Shown piece after piece: positions 17,871 through 20,000 of a stretch of DNA of 20,000 nt. The translations under genes and the position numbers were made by a program. This DNA comes from an uncultured Gemmatimonadota bacterium (lineage in GTDB: Bacteria; GCA-2686955), in assembly GCA_964490075.1 (NCBI GenBank), contig CAZBBK010000020.1:52736-72735 (forward strand), read 5' to 3'. How positions within the stretch are numbered: position 1 is the stretch's first letter; every line of letters begins with the position of its first letter. A model generated the notes under the pieces. The model was not told the DNA's origin and searched no databases. It saw only the letters and a list, made by a program, of their open reading frames with translations.

Positions 17871-19715
17871 CTACAGATACCCCAACGCCTGCAGCCGGCG
17901 CTTGGCGGCCTCGTCCAGAGCGTCGATGCCGAGCTCCGATTCGAGGGCGCCGAGCTCCAGCACGCCGGCCAAGGAGTCGAGCAGGGTGGCGAAGCGCTGC
18001 ACCAGCTCCGGGTTGCGGCCGGCCACGTCGACCAGCTCGTGGGGATCGGCCCTGAGGTCGAAAAGCTCGACGGATTCGGACTCGGTGCGGCGGATCAGGT
18101 TCCAGGAGGGCAGCCGAAGAGCGCGACGCTCCTCCTTGCCGGTTCGATCGATGGAGACCAGGGGCGCTTCGGAAGCGGCCTCGAGATCGACACGCCGGCC
18201 GCGGGCGCTCTCGGGCGGTGCGGTCTCCAGCAGGGCGCAGACCGTCGGCACCAGATCGGGAAGCTCGACCGGCGCGTCGACGCGACGCGGCTCGATCCGG
18301 CCGGGCCAGTAGAGGATCCAGGGGATGTGCAGCGTCGCGGCGTGCAGATCCTCGTGATCGAAATGGCGTGCATGTCGCTTCAGGTTCTCGCCGTGATCGG
18401 CGGTCAGCACCACCAGCGTCTGCTGCGCGATGCCGAGCCCCTCGATCGCCTCGAGCAGGCGACCGATCTTGGCGTCGGCCGAGTAGATCGATTCGTCGTA
18501 GCGATCCTCCAGGTGGTCGAGATCGGCCGGCCGCAGGCTGCTCGGATCGGACGCGAAGCGGTCGGCGGCGCGCTGGGTGTCGCGCACCGGGCCGGCGTAG
18601 TCGGGATCGCGGAAGCGTCCCCGGCCGCCTCGTGAGGGGTCGTAAGGCTGATGGGGGTCGATCAGGTGGTAGAAGAGGAAGAAAGGGCCGCCCTCGGCCA
18701 TCCAGTCGGCCGCCAGCGGGGTGACCGAGTCGAAGGAGGGATCGAGTCGATCGCGGATTCGCACCAGCATGGTGTTGAACAGCCCGAGCCTCGGCCAGGT
18801 CCGGGCGGCTCGCTCCAGACGCCGGTCGTTGTAGAAGGTCTGGAAGCCCTGGGAAAACCCCAGCGCGGTGGTCAGCCAGGGATTCTGGACCAGTCCCGCG
18901 GTGCGGTAGCCACGCTCGGCCAGGTGCTCGGCGAGGGTCACCGCATCCTCCGGCAGGCGCTGGCCGTTCATCGTCACGCCGCAGGTGAGCGGATGCAGGC
19001 CGGTGAGCATCGCCGCGTGCCCGGGCGCCGACGAGGGGGCGGGGCTGAACGCATTCGTGAAGCAGATCCCGGCGCGCGCCAGGCGGGTGATGTGGGGAGC
19101 GGTGTCGCGCGGGTAGCCGTAGACCGGAAGATGATCGGCGCGCTGGGTGTCGAGCGAGATCAGCACCAGGTTGGGGCCCGGGCCTACTCCCGCGCCCCAC
19201 TCTCCCGTGCAGCGCGGTGTGCCCCAGGCCGCCGCCGCCAGCAGCAGCACCCCCCCGCAGTAGGCCGTGAGCGAGGCGCGCGGACGTAGCTTTGCCGCCC
19301 CGAGGCGCGCCAGCAGCGCCGCGGCGATCGCCCAGATCGCCGCACCGGCCACGATGATGACCGCATCGGCCTTCAGCGAACGCGGGGCGAAGAGCGGCGC
19401 CGAGAGCTTGACGTCGTTGTACCAGTAGGCGATGCCGAGCGTGAGCAGGCCGACGCTCTGGGCCGCCAAGATCAACGCCGACCGCGAGTCGGGGCGCGAG
19501 CGGGTGAAGGGCAGCACCGCAAGCCAGGCCGCCACCCCCAGGAGCAGTGCGATCCCGTGGTCGGTGAGGGCCGCGGTCGCCGCCATCGGCAGCAAGTGAG
19601 GGGCGGTCTCCGGCAGAGTGGCGACGTGCAGCCAGGTCTCGACGACGCCGGCCGTCAGGCCGGCGACGAGGGCCCCCAGGGGCACGATGTGGAGCGATGA
19701 GGGGCGCGAGGTCAT
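17871..19715 (-). CDS. Membrane-anchored sulfatase-like hydrolase/transferase (alkaline phosphatase superfamily)
   Basis: Probable start at ATG 19715 (MTSRP; 614 aa), although the ORF extends to 19820. About five N-terminal hydrophobic segments, then PNLVLISLDTQRADHL, SSAPGHAAMLTG, DPHQPY, TADHGE, ELFDL..DP.E and C-terminal RLQALGYL. Confidence 0.9.
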   Translation of the reverse strand: MTSRPSSLHIVPLGALVAGLTAGVVETWLHVATLPETAPHLLPMAATAALTDHGIALLLGVAAWLAVLPFTRSRPDSRSALILAAQSVGLLTLGIAYWYNDVKLSAPLFAPRSLKADAVIIVAGAAIWAIAAALLARLGAAKLRPRASLTAYCGGVLLLAAAAWGTPRCTGEWGAGVGPGPNLVLISLDTQRADHLPVYGYPRDTAPHITRLARAGICFTNAFSPAPSSAPGHAAMLTGLHPLTCGVTMNGQRLPEDAVTLAEHLAERGYRTAGLVQNPWLTTALGFSQGFQTFYNDRRLERAARTWPRLGLFNTMLVRIRDRLDPSFDSVTPLAADWMAEGGPFFLFYHLIDPHQPYDPSRGGRGRFRDPDYAGPVRDTQRAADRFASDPSSLRPADLDHLEDRYDESIYSADAKIGRLLEAIEGLGIAQQTLVVLTADHGENLKRHARHFDHEDLHAATLHIPWILYWPGRIEPRRVDAPVELPDLVPTVCALLETAPPESARGRRVDLEAASEAPLVSIDRTGKEERRALRLPSWNLIRRTESESVELFDLRADPHELVDVAGRNPELVQRFATLLDSLAGVLELGALESELGIDALDEAAKRRLQALGYL

Positions 19716-19911
19716 CAGGCTGATGTTCCGATAGCGAGGCCGGCCCGCTGAAGCGCCGTTCCGTCTGATGCGTTTGATCGGATTCCGCGATTCGGCCCCG
19801 AAGCCGCCGGGCCGCACCACGGCCGCCTACGAGACCGGATGGCCACTCCGGAACCCGGCTTCCTCCCGGCGTTCGCCCCTTCTGATGCTCTCCTGCAGGA
19901 CTGTCGCCGGC

Positions 19912-20000
19912 TCAGTGATCTCCACCTTCCTCGGTCGCCTCGGCCTTGGACTTGAGCCGGCGCCGCAGGGTCGACTCGCGCATCCCCAGCACCCGCGCGG
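19912..20000 (-). CDS. 3' end of a Fis-type HTH protein, probably a sigma-54-dependent (NtrC-family) transcriptional activator; partial
   Basis: Not in the ORF track. The minus-strand frame reads ...ARVLGMRESTLRRRLKSKAEATEEGGDH* (stop at 19912-19914), matching the HTH_8 pattern AA..LG....TL.R.LK. Confidence 0.75.
   Translation of the reverse strand, partial: ARVLGMRESTLRRRLKSKAEATEEGGDH

Overview
High-GC bacterial window, probably from a draft or MAG scaffold (100-N gap at 4-103). In order it holds: the 3' end of a probable S41 C-terminal protease; an RpoD/RpoS-type sigma factor with a good sigma-54 (-24/-12) promoter motif upstream; a ~280-bp element bounded by hairpin-containing inverted repeats; a 16-gene, ~16-kb complex I-like operon; a convergent membrane-anchored sulfatase-superfamily gene; and the Fis-HTH tail of a probable sigma-54 activator. 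The operon order is nuoA-B-C-D-H-I-J-K-L-M-N-J2-K2-L2-M2-N2. It lacks the NADH-input genes nuoEFG and carries two complete, divergent, intact JKLMN proton-pumping cassettes for a single nuoABCDHI core. NuoL1 has a 26-residue tandem duplication in its lateral amphipathic helix, the signature of '2M' complexes with four antiporter subunits, whereas NuoL2 is of normal length. The locus may encode interchangeable long and short membrane arms with different H+/e- stoichiometries (inference). All calls come from reading translations and motifs; no searches were run.
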